From positions 160,001 to 224,000 of the forward strand of contig CAWCKH010000004.1 of assembly GCA_963796055.1 (NCBI GenBank): DNA of 64,000 bases. Reading direction: 5' to 3'. The stretch is from an uncultured delta proteobacterium (GTDB taxonomy: Bacteria; Myxococcota; Myxococcia; Myxococcales; Myxococcaceae). Positions 44,390-55,508 of this stretch are shown here, piece by piece (position 1 is the first letter of the stretch; every line of letters begins with the position of its first letter). The translations under genes and the position numbers were made by a program. The notes under the pieces were generated by a model, which saw only the letters and a list, made by a program, of their open reading frames with translations, had not been told where the DNA came from and made no database searches.

Positions 44390-47300
44390 ATGCCTCCGGA
44401 GCGCGTGGTCGAGGAGAAGTCGGCGACCGGCGTGGTGACACCGCAACTGACGGATGGGACAGAGTCATTCGGGAGTCCTGCGCAGGACGAGACGCTGCGC
44501 CCGGGCACGGTCCTGGAGTCACGGTTCCGGATCATCCGCATGCTTGGCCGCGGTGGGATGGGCGAGGTCTACGAGGCGGTGGACCTCGCGCTGGGGACCC
44601 GCGTGGCCCTGAAGACGGTCCGTCTCGGGCAGAGCTCGACCGAGGGGAGGATGCAGCGGTTCCGGAGGGAGATCCTCCTGGCGCGGAGGATCGCCCACCC
44701 CAACGTCTGCCGCGTCTTCGAGTTGCACGTGGGCGGCCCGGGTGAACCGCCGCTGTTCCTGAGCATGGACCTGCTCGAGGGCGAGACGCTCGCCGACCGG
44801 CTGCGCCGCGAAGGCCCTCTCGCCGAGCACGCAGCGACCGAGCTGGTGTCGCAGATCGCCTCCGGCCTGGGGGCGGCCCACAAGGAGGGGGTGCTCCACC
44901 GCGACCTCAAGCCCAGCAACGTGATGCTGGTCCCCGTTCACGGCGGGGGCCAACGCGCGGTAGTCACCGACTTCGGCATCGCCCAGACGATGGACGGCAC
45001 GCAGGCCACCACGACGTGGGACGGGCCGGCCGGAACCCCGGCGTACATGGCGCCCGAGCAGCTGACCGGCTGGGAGCTGACGCCGGCGAGTGACCTCTAC
45101 TCACTCGGCGTCCTGATGATCGAGACCACGACCGGAACGCTCCCTGCCGGCCCCCATGCCAGCGACCGCGGCGAGCGTTCTCCCTCCGCGCCGCGCGCGT
45201 ACGACCGGCGCAACGTCCGCCTCAGCAGGCGCTGGAGGCAGCTCTGCGACCAGTGTCTGGCGATCGATCCGGCCTGTCGGCCGCAGTCGGCGGAGGCGTT
45301 CCTTCGCGCTCTGGGGCGGGAGGCTCGTCGGCTGCGCCGGCCATCCCTCCGTCTCATCCGGACCATGGGGCTCGTGGCGGCCATGCTCACAGCGGTCGTG
45401 GTCACGGTCCGGCGACCCGCGCTGACGAGGAGATCGACCCCCCTCACGGTGGTGGTCGCGGACCTGGAGAACGCGACCGGAGATCCCCAGCTCGACGCGC
45501 TCTCCGGGCTCTTCGTCACCTCGCTCGAGCAGTCGCATGCGCTGACCGTGCTCACCCGGGCATCGCTTCTCGATGAGATCCGGAGCCTCGACCGCCCAAT
45601 CACCGGTCGCATCGACGAGCCGCTGGGACGCGAGGTCGCCCGCCGGACCGGAGCCCAGCTGCTGCTGGTGGGAACCGTGTCCCGCTTCGACCAGACCTAC
45701 GCCATCGACCTCCGGGCGCTCGATCCCTCCGGCCGGGGGTACCTCTTCACCCTGCGCGAGAAGGGCGTCGGCAAGGCATCCATCCCGGATACCCTCGATC
45801 GACTCTCGGACGCCGTGCGTCGTTCGGTCGCGGAGCCCTCGGACCAGGTGAAGGCCTCGCAGGTGCGAGTCGGGCAGGCCGTCACCAGCAATCTCGAGGC
45901 GTACCACTCCTTCTACGAGGGCGAGCAGCTCGAGGCGGAGGGGAGACGCGGCGAGGCGCTGGCCAGTTACCGACACGCCGTTGCGCTCGACCCTTCCTTC
46001 GCGATGGCGCACCTGGGGATCGTGGGACTTCTGGAGACGCGCGATGCCGAGGGTGCGCGAGCGGCGCTCGATCAGGCGCGCCTGCATGGTGCCACGGCTC
46101 CCGAGCGCGAGCGGCTCATCATCCGGGCCTTCACCGCCGCGAGCGAGTGGCGAATGGACGAGGCGATCGCGCTGTACCAGGAGGTCCAGCGCCGGTTTCC
46201 GAGGAACGCGGAGGCCTTCGTCCGTGCCGCCGACCTGGTGCGCAACTTCAAGGGGGACACTTCCGGGGCGATCGAGCTGCTCCGGACCGCGGCGGATCTC
46301 GAGTCCGGGAGGACGCCGTCCCTGGTCCAGGCGCTGATCTTCGGGAATCGGTACGACGAGGCCGCGGAAGTCGCCGAACGCTTCGCCGCTCGCCATCCGG
46401 GGCCCGAGGCCCTCCATGTCCTGACGGTGGTGAGCGCGTACCAGGGCAGGGTCGGTCCTGCGCTCGAGACGGCGCGCCGGGCCGTTGCCGCCGGCGTCCC
46501 GCTCGAGGGCGTCCTGCTGCAGGCGTATCTTCGTGGGCAGGCGCTGGATGAGGCGGAGGCGACCCTCCGGAGGACGATCGATTCACCCGAGCTGCCGCAG
46601 CTCGATCGCCGGGCCGCGCACGTCAACCTGGCGACGGTGCTCGGGTACGAGGGGCGGTGGAAGGAGGCCTTCGCGGTACTCGACCGGGCGGTCGACGAGG
46701 TCGATGGCGGACGACTCTCGCTCGAGCTTCTCTGGAGCCGGGTGTTTCTGTCCGGCGGGCTGGGAGCGGCCACGGTTCGCTCGGGTACCGACGAGCTTCT
46801 TCGCGGTGGCAATGCCTGGTCGGTCTGCGCCGCGGGTATTCTCGCCTACGTCGGCGACCCGGAGCACGCGGCCGTGGTGCTGGACCAGGTCCCGCGTGGC
46901 CTCCGCCAGACCCCCTGCGGGACAATCGCCGAAGGGGTGATCCTCTGGCGCCGAGGGAATGCTGCGGCCGGGCTCCAGCGCGTCAAGGGAATCGATTTCG
47001 GGACGGAGCAGCTCTACGTGGGCGGGATGTTGCTCGACGCCGGGCGCCCCGAGGACGCGCTCCGTGCGCTGGAGAAGTTCGACCGCCAGACCCTGGGCTG
47101 GCTCCCGTTCTACGCGTGGGGCGCGGGCGAGGGATCGTACGTCCGGGCGATGGCGCTGGAGCGACTGGGCCGCAGGGCGGAAGCGCTCGCGGTCGCCAAC
47201 GAGCAGCTGCGCATCTGGGACAGAGCAGATCCGGCGAATCCGGCGGTCCGACGGATGCGCGAGCTGGCCAGCCGCCTCAGGGCGAGAACGCACGGGCGAC

Positions 47301-47449
47301 ACGTCTCCGGGCCACGCCCGGCCGGGCAGGACCATGGTCAGTCCGGTCGCTGGCCTGGTCCGTCAGGAGCCGTCCTGCCGCCTCTGGCTTCGCTCAACGC
47401 GCGGGCCGTGGCACTCGAAGTTTCGGTGCAAGCACCGACCGGTCGGTGA
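44390..47449 (+). CDS. Hanks-type Ser/Thr kinase with TM helix, TolB-like domain and TPRs
   Basis: LGRGGMGEVY, VALK, HRDLKPSN, TDFG, GTPAYMAPE, SDLYSLG. Confidence 0.92.
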   Translation: MPPERVVEEKSATGVVTPQLTDGTESFGSPAQDETLRPGTVLESRFRIIRMLGRGGMGEVYEAVDLALGTRVALKTVRLGQSSTEGRMQRFRREILLARRIAHPNVCRVFELHVGGPGEPPLFLSMDLLEGETLADRLRREGPLAEHAATELVSQIASGLGAAHKEGVLHRDLKPSNVMLVPVHGGGQRAVVTDFGIAQTMDGTQATTTWDGPAGTPAYMAPEQLTGWELTPASDLYSLGVLMIETTTGTLPAGPHASDRGERSPSAPRAYDRRNVRLSRRWRQLCDQCLAIDPACRPQSAEAFLRALGREARRLRRPSLRLIRTMGLVAAMLTAVVVTVRRPALTRRSTPLTVVVADLENATGDPQLDALSGLFVTSLEQSHALTVLTRASLLDEIRSLDRPITGRIDEPLGREVARRTGAQLLLVGTVSRFDQTYAIDLRALDPSGRGYLFTLREKGVGKASIPDTLDRLSDAVRRSVAEPSDQVKASQVRVGQAVTSNLEAYHSFYEGEQLEAEGRRGEALASYRHAVALDPSFAMAHLGIVGLLETRDAEGARAALDQARLHGATAPERERLIIRAFTAASEWRMDEAIALYQEVQRRFPRNAEAFVRAADLVRNFKGDTSGAIELLRTAADLESGRTPSLVQALIFGNRYDEAAEVAERFAARHPGPEALHVLTVVSAYQGRVGPALETARRAVAAGVPLEGVLLQAYLRGQALDEAEATLRRTIDSPELPQLDRRAAHVNLATVLGYEGRWKEAFAVLDRAVDEVDGGRLSLELLWSRVFLSGGLGAATVRSGTDELLRGGNAWSVCAAGILAYVGDPEHAAVVLDQVPRGLRQTPCGTIAEGVILWRRGNAAAGLQRVKGIDFGTEQLYVGGMLLDAGRPEDALRALEKFDRQTLGWLPFYAWGAGEGSYVRAMALERLGRRAEALAVANEQLRIWDRADPANPAVRRMRELASRLRARTHGRHVSGPRPAGQDHGQSGRWPGPSGAVLPPLASLNARAVALEVSVQAPTGR

Positions 47450-47519
47450 AGTCCCCGTCAGGGCGCACGGGTCGCCCGCCTCCGGACGCTGCGTGCGCGC
47501 GGGCTTGCTCCGAGCCTAG

Positions 47520-49766
<2,247 letters not shown>

Positions 49767-49787
49767 TCCGGAGGGCTGACGTCGTGC

Positions 49788-49818
49788 GGCCGGCGCCCCA
49801 CCCGCTCGGGGCGTCGGC
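49788..49818 (+). terminator. GC-rich hairpin after katG
   Basis: GCCGGCGCCCC ... GGGGCGTCGGC stem directly downstream of the stop; no U-tract. Confidence 0.4.
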
Positions 49819-49897
49819 CTGCGTAGACTGGTACCGGAGTGGAGCGCGAGCCGCCGCCCCGGTTCACTACCGGCTCCATCTCGAGGTCGATCGCGGC

Positions 49898-51421
49898 GTG
49901 GACGACGTCCAGCGTGACGGCCGCGAAGAGGTCCCCCCGGCGACGAGCGGCTGGCGATCCTGGCTCCCTCGGGGCGACGCGCTCTGGCCTCGCTGGCTCT
50001 GGCTGCGCGCGCTGGGACTGATCTTCCTCTCCGCCTTCTACTCGCTGGCCTTCCAGATCACCGGCCTGATCGGTCCTCGCGGTATCCTGCCCGCCGGCGA
50101 GTACCTGGCAGAGGTGCGCCGGGCGTTCGGCATGGCCGAGGCGCTCTGGTTCGCGCCCACCCTGTTCTGGCTCTCCGCCTCGGACGTCGCGCTCCTGGCG
50201 GTCATTCTCCTCGGCGCCGCAGCCTCGGTGCTCCTGGTACTCAACGTGGCGCCGCGGCTCTGCATCGCGGTCGCCGCCGTGTGCTTTCTCTCCTTCATCG
50301 CGGCCGCGCGGGACTTCGCCAGCTATCAGTCCGACGGGATGCTGCTGGAAGCGGCGTTCATCTCCTACTTCCTCGCCCCGCGCGGCCTGCGCCCTCGCCT
50401 CGGCGCTGCGGACCCGCCCTCGCCGTTCGCGCTCTTCCTGCTGCTCTGCGAGTGGTTCCGCATCTACTTCGAGTCCGGCGTGGTGAAGCTCCTCTCCGGC
50501 GACCTGCAGTGGCGATCGCTCACCGCGATGGACCACTACTACGAGAACGGGCCGCTCCCGACGTGGCTGGGCTGGTACGTCCAGCAGCGTCTGCCGCACG
50601 GGTTCCACGCCTTCACCGTGATCCTCATCTTCGCCTTCGAGCTGGTGATCGTCTGGTTGGCCTTCCTGCCGCGCCGGTTCCGGTTGACCTGCTTCTGCCT
50701 CTCCACGGTCTTCCAGGCGGGGATCATCCTCACCGCGAACTACGCGTTCCTGAACTACATCGTGCTCTGCCTCGGGGTGCTGCTGGTCGACGACCGTTTT
50801 CTCCGCCTGCCCGCGCCTCCGGTGGAGCCGAAGCAGCTCTCGTGGCCGGCGCGGATCGCGCTCGGATGGATCCTCTACGCCACCGTCGTGGTCGCCCCCG
50901 GCATCTCGCACCTCCTGCCGCGGCCTCTGCTCTGGCCTGCCACCGCGCTGGAGCCCTTCCGGATCGCGAACCGCTACGGACTGTTCGCCGTGATGACCAC
51001 CGAGCGCTATGAGATCGAGTTCCAGGGCTCGCGCGACGGGGTGCACTGGACACCTTACCCCTTCCGCTACAAGCCGCAGGACCCGATGAAGGCGCCAGGC
51101 ATCTACGCGCCATACCAGCCGCGGTTCGAGTGGAACCTCTGGTTCGCTTCCCTCGGAGAATGGCGCGCGTACCCCTGGGTGCTGCGCACCGAGATGCGCC
51201 TGCTGGAAGGGTCTCCGGCCGTCCTTCACCTGTTCGCGAGGAACCCGTTCCCGGATGGCCCGCCTGGCTGGATGCGCGCGGTGCGGTGGCAGTACTGGTT
51301 CACCACGCCGCAGGAGAAGCGGGCGACGGGCGCCTTCTGGAAGCGCGAGGACCGTGGGGTCTACGCGCCCGAGCTGCATCTGGGGAGCGGGGGCCTCGAG
51401 GCGGTGCGCCCCCTGCCCTGA
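49898..51421 (+). CDS. Lipase maturation factor (LMF1) family membrane protein (start approximate)
   Basis: RALGLIF..AFYSL..QI.GLIG..GILP, SGVVKL, NRYGLFAVMTTERYEI, YKP, APYQPRFEWNLWFA. Confidence 0.88.
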   Translation: MDDVQRDGREEVPPATSGWRSWLPRGDALWPRWLWLRALGLIFLSAFYSLAFQITGLIGPRGILPAGEYLAEVRRAFGMAEALWFAPTLFWLSASDVALLAVILLGAAASVLLVLNVAPRLCIAVAAVCFLSFIAAARDFASYQSDGMLLEAAFISYFLAPRGLRPRLGAADPPSPFALFLLLCEWFRIYFESGVVKLLSGDLQWRSLTAMDHYYENGPLPTWLGWYVQQRLPHGFHAFTVILIFAFELVIVWLAFLPRRFRLTCFCLSTVFQAGIILTANYAFLNYIVLCLGVLLVDDRFLRLPAPPVEPKQLSWPARIALGWILYATVVVAPGISHLLPRPLLWPATALEPFRIANRYGLFAVMTTERYEIEFQGSRDGVHWTPYPFRYKPQDPMKAPGIYAPYQPRFEWNLWFASLGEWRAYPWVLRTEMRLLEGSPAVLHLFARNPFPDGPPGWMRAVRWQYWFTTPQEKRATGAFWKREDRGVYAPELHLGSGGLEAVRPLP

Positions 51422-51447
51422 AGCGTAGAGCTATCCTCCCCTCGTCG

Positions 51448-52578
51448 ATGGCCCTCCCCGCGTCGCACGTCCGACTGATCGCCTCGTCCTCCAGCTGGAT
51501 CGAGGGCGAGGCCGTCCAGCAGCTCGAGGCGAGCGCCGCCCTGCCCGGGGTGCGCTGGGTGGTCGGGATGCCCGACCTCCACCCTGGCAAGGGGCACCCG
51601 GTGGGCATCGCAGCCATGGCGGACGGCGTCGTGTACCCGCATCTGGTGGGCGCGGACATCGGGTGCGGCATGGCGCTGTTCACGACCCGGACGCCGGTCC
51701 GGAAGCTCCACGTGACACGGGCGGCGGAGCGTCTGCGAGGCCTGGAGGAGCCCTGGGGCGAAGACCTGGAAGCGTTTCTCGCGGAACAAGGCGTGGGTCA
51801 CCGGGGTCACCTGAACGCGCTCGGCACCATCGGCGGCGGGAACCACTTCGCCGAGCTCCAGAGAGTGAAGGAGCGCGCGGACTCGGAACTCGCGGCGGCG
51901 ATGCTCGGTTCGGATGACCGGGTGCTCCTGCTCGTCCACAGCGGCTCACGTGGTTTCGGCGAGCAGACGATGCGGTCGCACACCGAACGCCGCGGAGCAG
52001 CTCCACTCGAGGCGACCTCCGAAGAGGGGCGCGCCTACCTCGCGGCGCACGACGATGCCGTGCGCTGGGGACGGGCCAATCGCCTGCTCATCGCCCGGCG
52101 CATCGCCACGTTGCTAGGGCTAGTGCTCGAGCCACTGGTCGATCTCTGTCACAACGCGGTTCTGCCTTTCGACGGTGGATGGCTGCACCGGAAGGGCGCG
52201 GCCCCGCATGATTGCGGGCCGGTGGTCATCCCTGGCTCGCGGGGCGCGCTGAGCTATCTGGTGGAGCCCACCGGTGACGGAGCGAACTCCGGGTATTCAC
52301 TCGCCCACGGCGCCGGCCGCAAGTGGAGCCGGACCGAGGCCCGGGAGCGGATGCGCGAGCGGTACCGGAGCGAGGCCTTGCTCCGGACACCGCTGGGCAA
52401 CCCGGTGATCTGCGAGGATCGCGCCCTCCTCTTCGAGGAGGCCCCGGAGGCGTACAAGAAGATCGACCGGGTGGTCGCGGACCTCGTCGACGCCGGATCG
52501 TGCCGGGTCGTCGCCACGCTGCGCCCGCTCCTCACTTACAAGGTGCGCTCGGGCCAGACCGGCGAAGGGAGGGCGTGA
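51448..52578 (+). CDS. RtcB-family RNA ligase, short RtcB2 type
   Basis: WIEGEAVQQL, MPDLHPGKG, DIGCG, GGGNHFAE, HSGSRG, CHN, HRKGA, AHGAGR, EEAPEAYK. Confidence 0.92.
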   Translation: MALPASHVRLIASSSSWIEGEAVQQLEASAALPGVRWVVGMPDLHPGKGHPVGIAAMADGVVYPHLVGADIGCGMALFTTRTPVRKLHVTRAAERLRGLEEPWGEDLEAFLAEQGVGHRGHLNALGTIGGGNHFAELQRVKERADSELAAAMLGSDDRVLLLVHSGSRGFGEQTMRSHTERRGAAPLEATSEEGRAYLAAHDDAVRWGRANRLLIARRIATLLGLVLEPLVDLCHNAVLPFDGGWLHRKGAAPHDCGPVVIPGSRGALSYLVEPTGDGANSGYSLAHGAGRKWSRTEARERMRERYRSEALLRTPLGNPVICEDRALLFEEAPEAYKKIDRVVADLVDAGSCRVVATLRPLLTYKVRSGQTGEGRA

Positions 52579-52642
52579 GCAGTGCGATGACTGCTGTATC
52601 TGGCCGTTGTCCTGAATCTCGCGGACGTTCTAGTTTATGCCA

Positions 52643-53650
52643 ATGCGCAGGCGAGTGCTGCTGGTGGGCTACCAGGACGCTGACGGTCTCGACCTCTTCG
52701 GGCCTGCCGAGGTCTTCGCCGAAGCCGTCCTGCGGCTGGGCGAGCCCGCCTATGAAGTCACCGTCGCTGCAATCGGCGGCGGCGTCATCACACTGACCTC
52801 CGGGCTCTCGGTCGCTGCGTGCGACCTCGGGGCCATGCGCCCGCAGCCGACGGACATCGTGCTCGTGGCCGGGGGCTCCGATGCCGCCATTGACGCAGCG
52901 GCCAAGGACCCGGCGCTGCTCGGCTGGCTTGCGCGCGCGGCCCGCACGGTGGGTCGCATCGGCTCGGTGTGTGATGGAGCATTCGTCGTCGCGAGCGCGG
53001 GCATCCTCGACGGACGGCGGGCAGCGACGCACTGGTCGTCGTGCGAGCGGCTGGCGCGACTGCACCCCAAGGTCAATGTGGACCGCGAGGCGATCTTCGT
53101 CCGCGACGGCCGAGTCTGGACCTCCGCCGGCATCAGCACTGGAATCGACATGGCGCTGGCGATGGTGGAGGAAGATCACGGCCGGAAGCTCGCCGACACC
53201 GTCGCCGCGCACCTCGTCCTCTTCGCCCGGCGTCCCGGGTTCCAGTCGCAGTTCAGCGAGGAGCTGGTGGCTCAGACCCTGGCGTCGGATCCACTTGCGC
53301 CGGTCATCTCCTGGCTGCGGGCGAATCTGCGCGCGCCGCTCGACGTGGAAACGGTGGCGCGCAAGGCCGGAATGTCGGTTCGGACGCTCCATCGGAGCTG
53401 TCTGCAAGCGCTCGACCTCAGCCCGGCCAAGCTGATCGAGAAGCTCCGCGTCGAGCAGGCGCGGACGCTCCTGGCAACGACGCAACTCGGCACCAAGGTC
53501 ATCGCGGTTCAGTGCGGGTTCGGCTCGACGCCGCGAATGACCCGCGCCTTCCAGCGCGCGCTCGGTGTCCCGCCCGCCTCCTACCGGCTGATGTTCGCCA
53601 GGGCTCCGGAAGCGATGCCAAAGCCGTCGCACGGTCAGTCCCGCAGCTGA
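52643..53650 (+). CDS. GlxA-family (DJ-1 + AraC) transcriptional regulator
   Basis: GSVCDGAF, AATHW, WTSAGISTGID, RRPGFQSQFS, AraC HTH. Confidence 0.9.
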   Translation: MRRRVLLVGYQDADGLDLFGPAEVFAEAVLRLGEPAYEVTVAAIGGGVITLTSGLSVAACDLGAMRPQPTDIVLVAGGSDAAIDAAAKDPALLGWLARAARTVGRIGSVCDGAFVVASAGILDGRRAATHWSSCERLARLHPKVNVDREAIFVRDGRVWTSAGISTGIDMALAMVEEDHGRKLADTVAAHLVLFARRPGFQSQFSEELVAQTLASDPLAPVISWLRANLRAPLDVETVARKAGMSVRTLHRSCLQALDLSPAKLIEKLRVEQARTLLATTQLGTKVIAVQCGFGSTPRMTRAFQRALGVPPASYRLMFARAPEAMPKPSHGQSRS

Positions 53651-53785
53651 ACGGTGCGGGGCAGGTCCCTGCGACGGCTCGAGGGTGCACCCGAGCGACG
53701 GAGCCGAGCCCTCGGGTGAGCGGCTCCACCTGCGAGCGCCAGCATGAAGACCTGGGCGGAGAACTGCGGTCCGCGCAGGACTTCT

Positions 53786-54136
53786 TCAGTTCCTGGGCGC
53801 GGTCTTCCCGGCGAATGACTGGACCGCGATCTTGCCGTCTCGCACGACGAAGGTGTCGGTGCCGAGCTCGTAGACGTTGTCGGCGGTCTCACCCGTCCAG
53901 AGAATGTACGCAAAGTCGCCCTCGACAAATTGCGCCTTCATGCTGAACACCGCACCCGGTTTCCCGAACTCCGCGAGCAGCCCAATGAAGAATGTGCGGA
54001 GCGCCTCGGGTCCCTTGAGTGGCCCGCCGGGCGTGAACAGAACGGCGCCCGGCGCATAGTCGGACAAGATGCGCTTGAGATTGCCCTCCCTGAAGGATCT
54101 TAGGTGGTTGTCTAGAACGTCCTGCGTCGAGTTCAT
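53786..54136 (-). CDS. SnoaL/NTF2-like protein
   Basis: GGAGG RBS; VLDNHL..F..GNL..ILSDY, GTDTFVVRDGKI..QSF. Confidence 0.85.
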   Translation of the reverse strand: MNSTQDVLDNHLRSFREGNLKRILSDYAPGAVLFTPGGPLKGPEALRTFFIGLLAEFGKPGAVFSMKAQFVEGDFAYILWTGETADNVYELGTDTFVVRDGKIAVQSFAGKTAPRN

Positions 54137-54315
54137 CGTGCGGTCCTCCTGTCTCAGCACCGAGTGGCGGCGAGAGACGAGACAGTTCTTCGCGGCGGCG
54201 CGTGTTGACGCTTCACCCCGCGTCGTTCAGATTTGCTCGCCCGTCCTGTTCGCAGCGACATCCGGGGTTCGTCGAGCGCGCGCGGTCAACCGGAATTCCT
54301 GCCGAGGAGGCCGAA

Positions 54316-55320
54316 ATGAGCCAGGACACCCTGTCCGACGTCCTGCGAACCGTGCGGCTCCAGGGAGCGGTCTTCTTCTACATCAGCGGTGGGCGTCAGT
54401 GGGCCGCCGAAGCGCCCGCGTCCAGAGAGCTCGCCCCCGTGGTGATGCCCGGTGCCGAGCACCTCATGGAGTACCACGTGGTCACCAGCGGCGATTGCTG
54501 GGGCGGCATCGTCGGGGAACCGCCGGTGCGCCTCACCCACGGAGACCTCATCCTCTTCCCCCATGGGGATGCACACGTGTTGTCGAGCGCTCCCGGCCTT
54601 CGGGCGGATCCGAAGGTCTCCTGGTTTCACGAGACGAGGATCGATCAGCGTCCCCTCCGGATCGCCTACGACGGGGCCAGCGGCCCGATGCTCGCGCCAC
54701 CCGGGCACACCGGGTCCACCACCCTCGCCTGCGGATTCCTCAGCTGCGACATTCGGCCTTTCAACCCGCTGATTGCAGCCCTGCCCCGTCAGCTCCACCT
54801 GCACGCTGCCGACGGTGGTGGTTCGTTCGCGCAATTGATCCAGCGAGCAGTGGCCGAGTCACACGCCAGGCGCCCGGGCGCCGAGGCGATGCTCGCGCGA
54901 ATGAGCGAGATGCTCTTCGTCGATGCGGTGCGCCGCTACCTGGATTCGATGCCTCCCGAGACGATGGGATGGCTCGGCGGGCTGCGCGACCCCTACGTCG
55001 GTCGTGCCCTGGGGTTGCTGCACGAGAAGCCATCCAGGGAGTGGACGCTGGAGGAGCTGGGCCGACAGGTGGGGTTGTCGCGATCGCCATTGCACGAGCG
55101 GTTCGTGCAGTTCGTCGGTCAGCCGCCGATGCAGTACCTGACCCACTGGCGCATGCAGCTTGCTTCCGGCCTGCTGCGCAACTCCAGCAGCACGGTGGGG
55201 GCGATCGCGCTCGAGGTCGGCTACGCCTCGGAGGCGGCCTTCGCGCGCGCGTTCAAGCGGCTGGTGGGCCGGCCGCCGGCAGCGTGGCGGCGCACGCTCG
55301 GTCACCCCACCCGGGCGTGA
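54316..55320 (+). CDS. AraC-family regulator with Cupin_6 domain
   Basis: DTLSDVL..VRL, YHVVTSG.CW, LRDPYVGRAL, YLTHWRMQLA, GYASEAAFARAFKR. Confidence 0.92.
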   Translation: MSQDTLSDVLRTVRLQGAVFFYISGGRQWAAEAPASRELAPVVMPGAEHLMEYHVVTSGDCWGGIVGEPPVRLTHGDLILFPHGDAHVLSSAPGLRADPKVSWFHETRIDQRPLRIAYDGASGPMLAPPGHTGSTTLACGFLSCDIRPFNPLIAALPRQLHLHAADGGGSFAQLIQRAVAESHARRPGAEAMLARMSEMLFVDAVRRYLDSMPPETMGWLGGLRDPYVGRALGLLHEKPSREWTLEELGRQVGLSRSPLHERFVQFVGQPPMQYLTHWRMQLASGLLRNSSSTVGAIALEVGYASEAAFARAFKRLVGRPPAAWRRTLGHPTRA

Positions 55321-55508
55321 GCCCGCCCGGATCTTCCTTCGTGGGGCCCATGTCCCCCAGGGTGGGTCGGTGTGGCCATCCTGTCACCCTGGTCACGGAC
55401 GCGCGGCCGAGCGAGGCTTGCCTCCCCGTGACGTCCCCCATCGGCGAGCTCGCCACTCCCGCGCCGACCCTGCTTTCGCGAAACCGCGTGGGAGCCCAGG
55501 CCCGCTGG

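Noticed and set aside
52575..52640. VSSAMTAVSGRCPES as a PrfH N-terminal remnant
   Set aside because: The similarity to the SGRGPxEC-type motif is too weak; the DNA is more likely the promoter of the GlxA gene.
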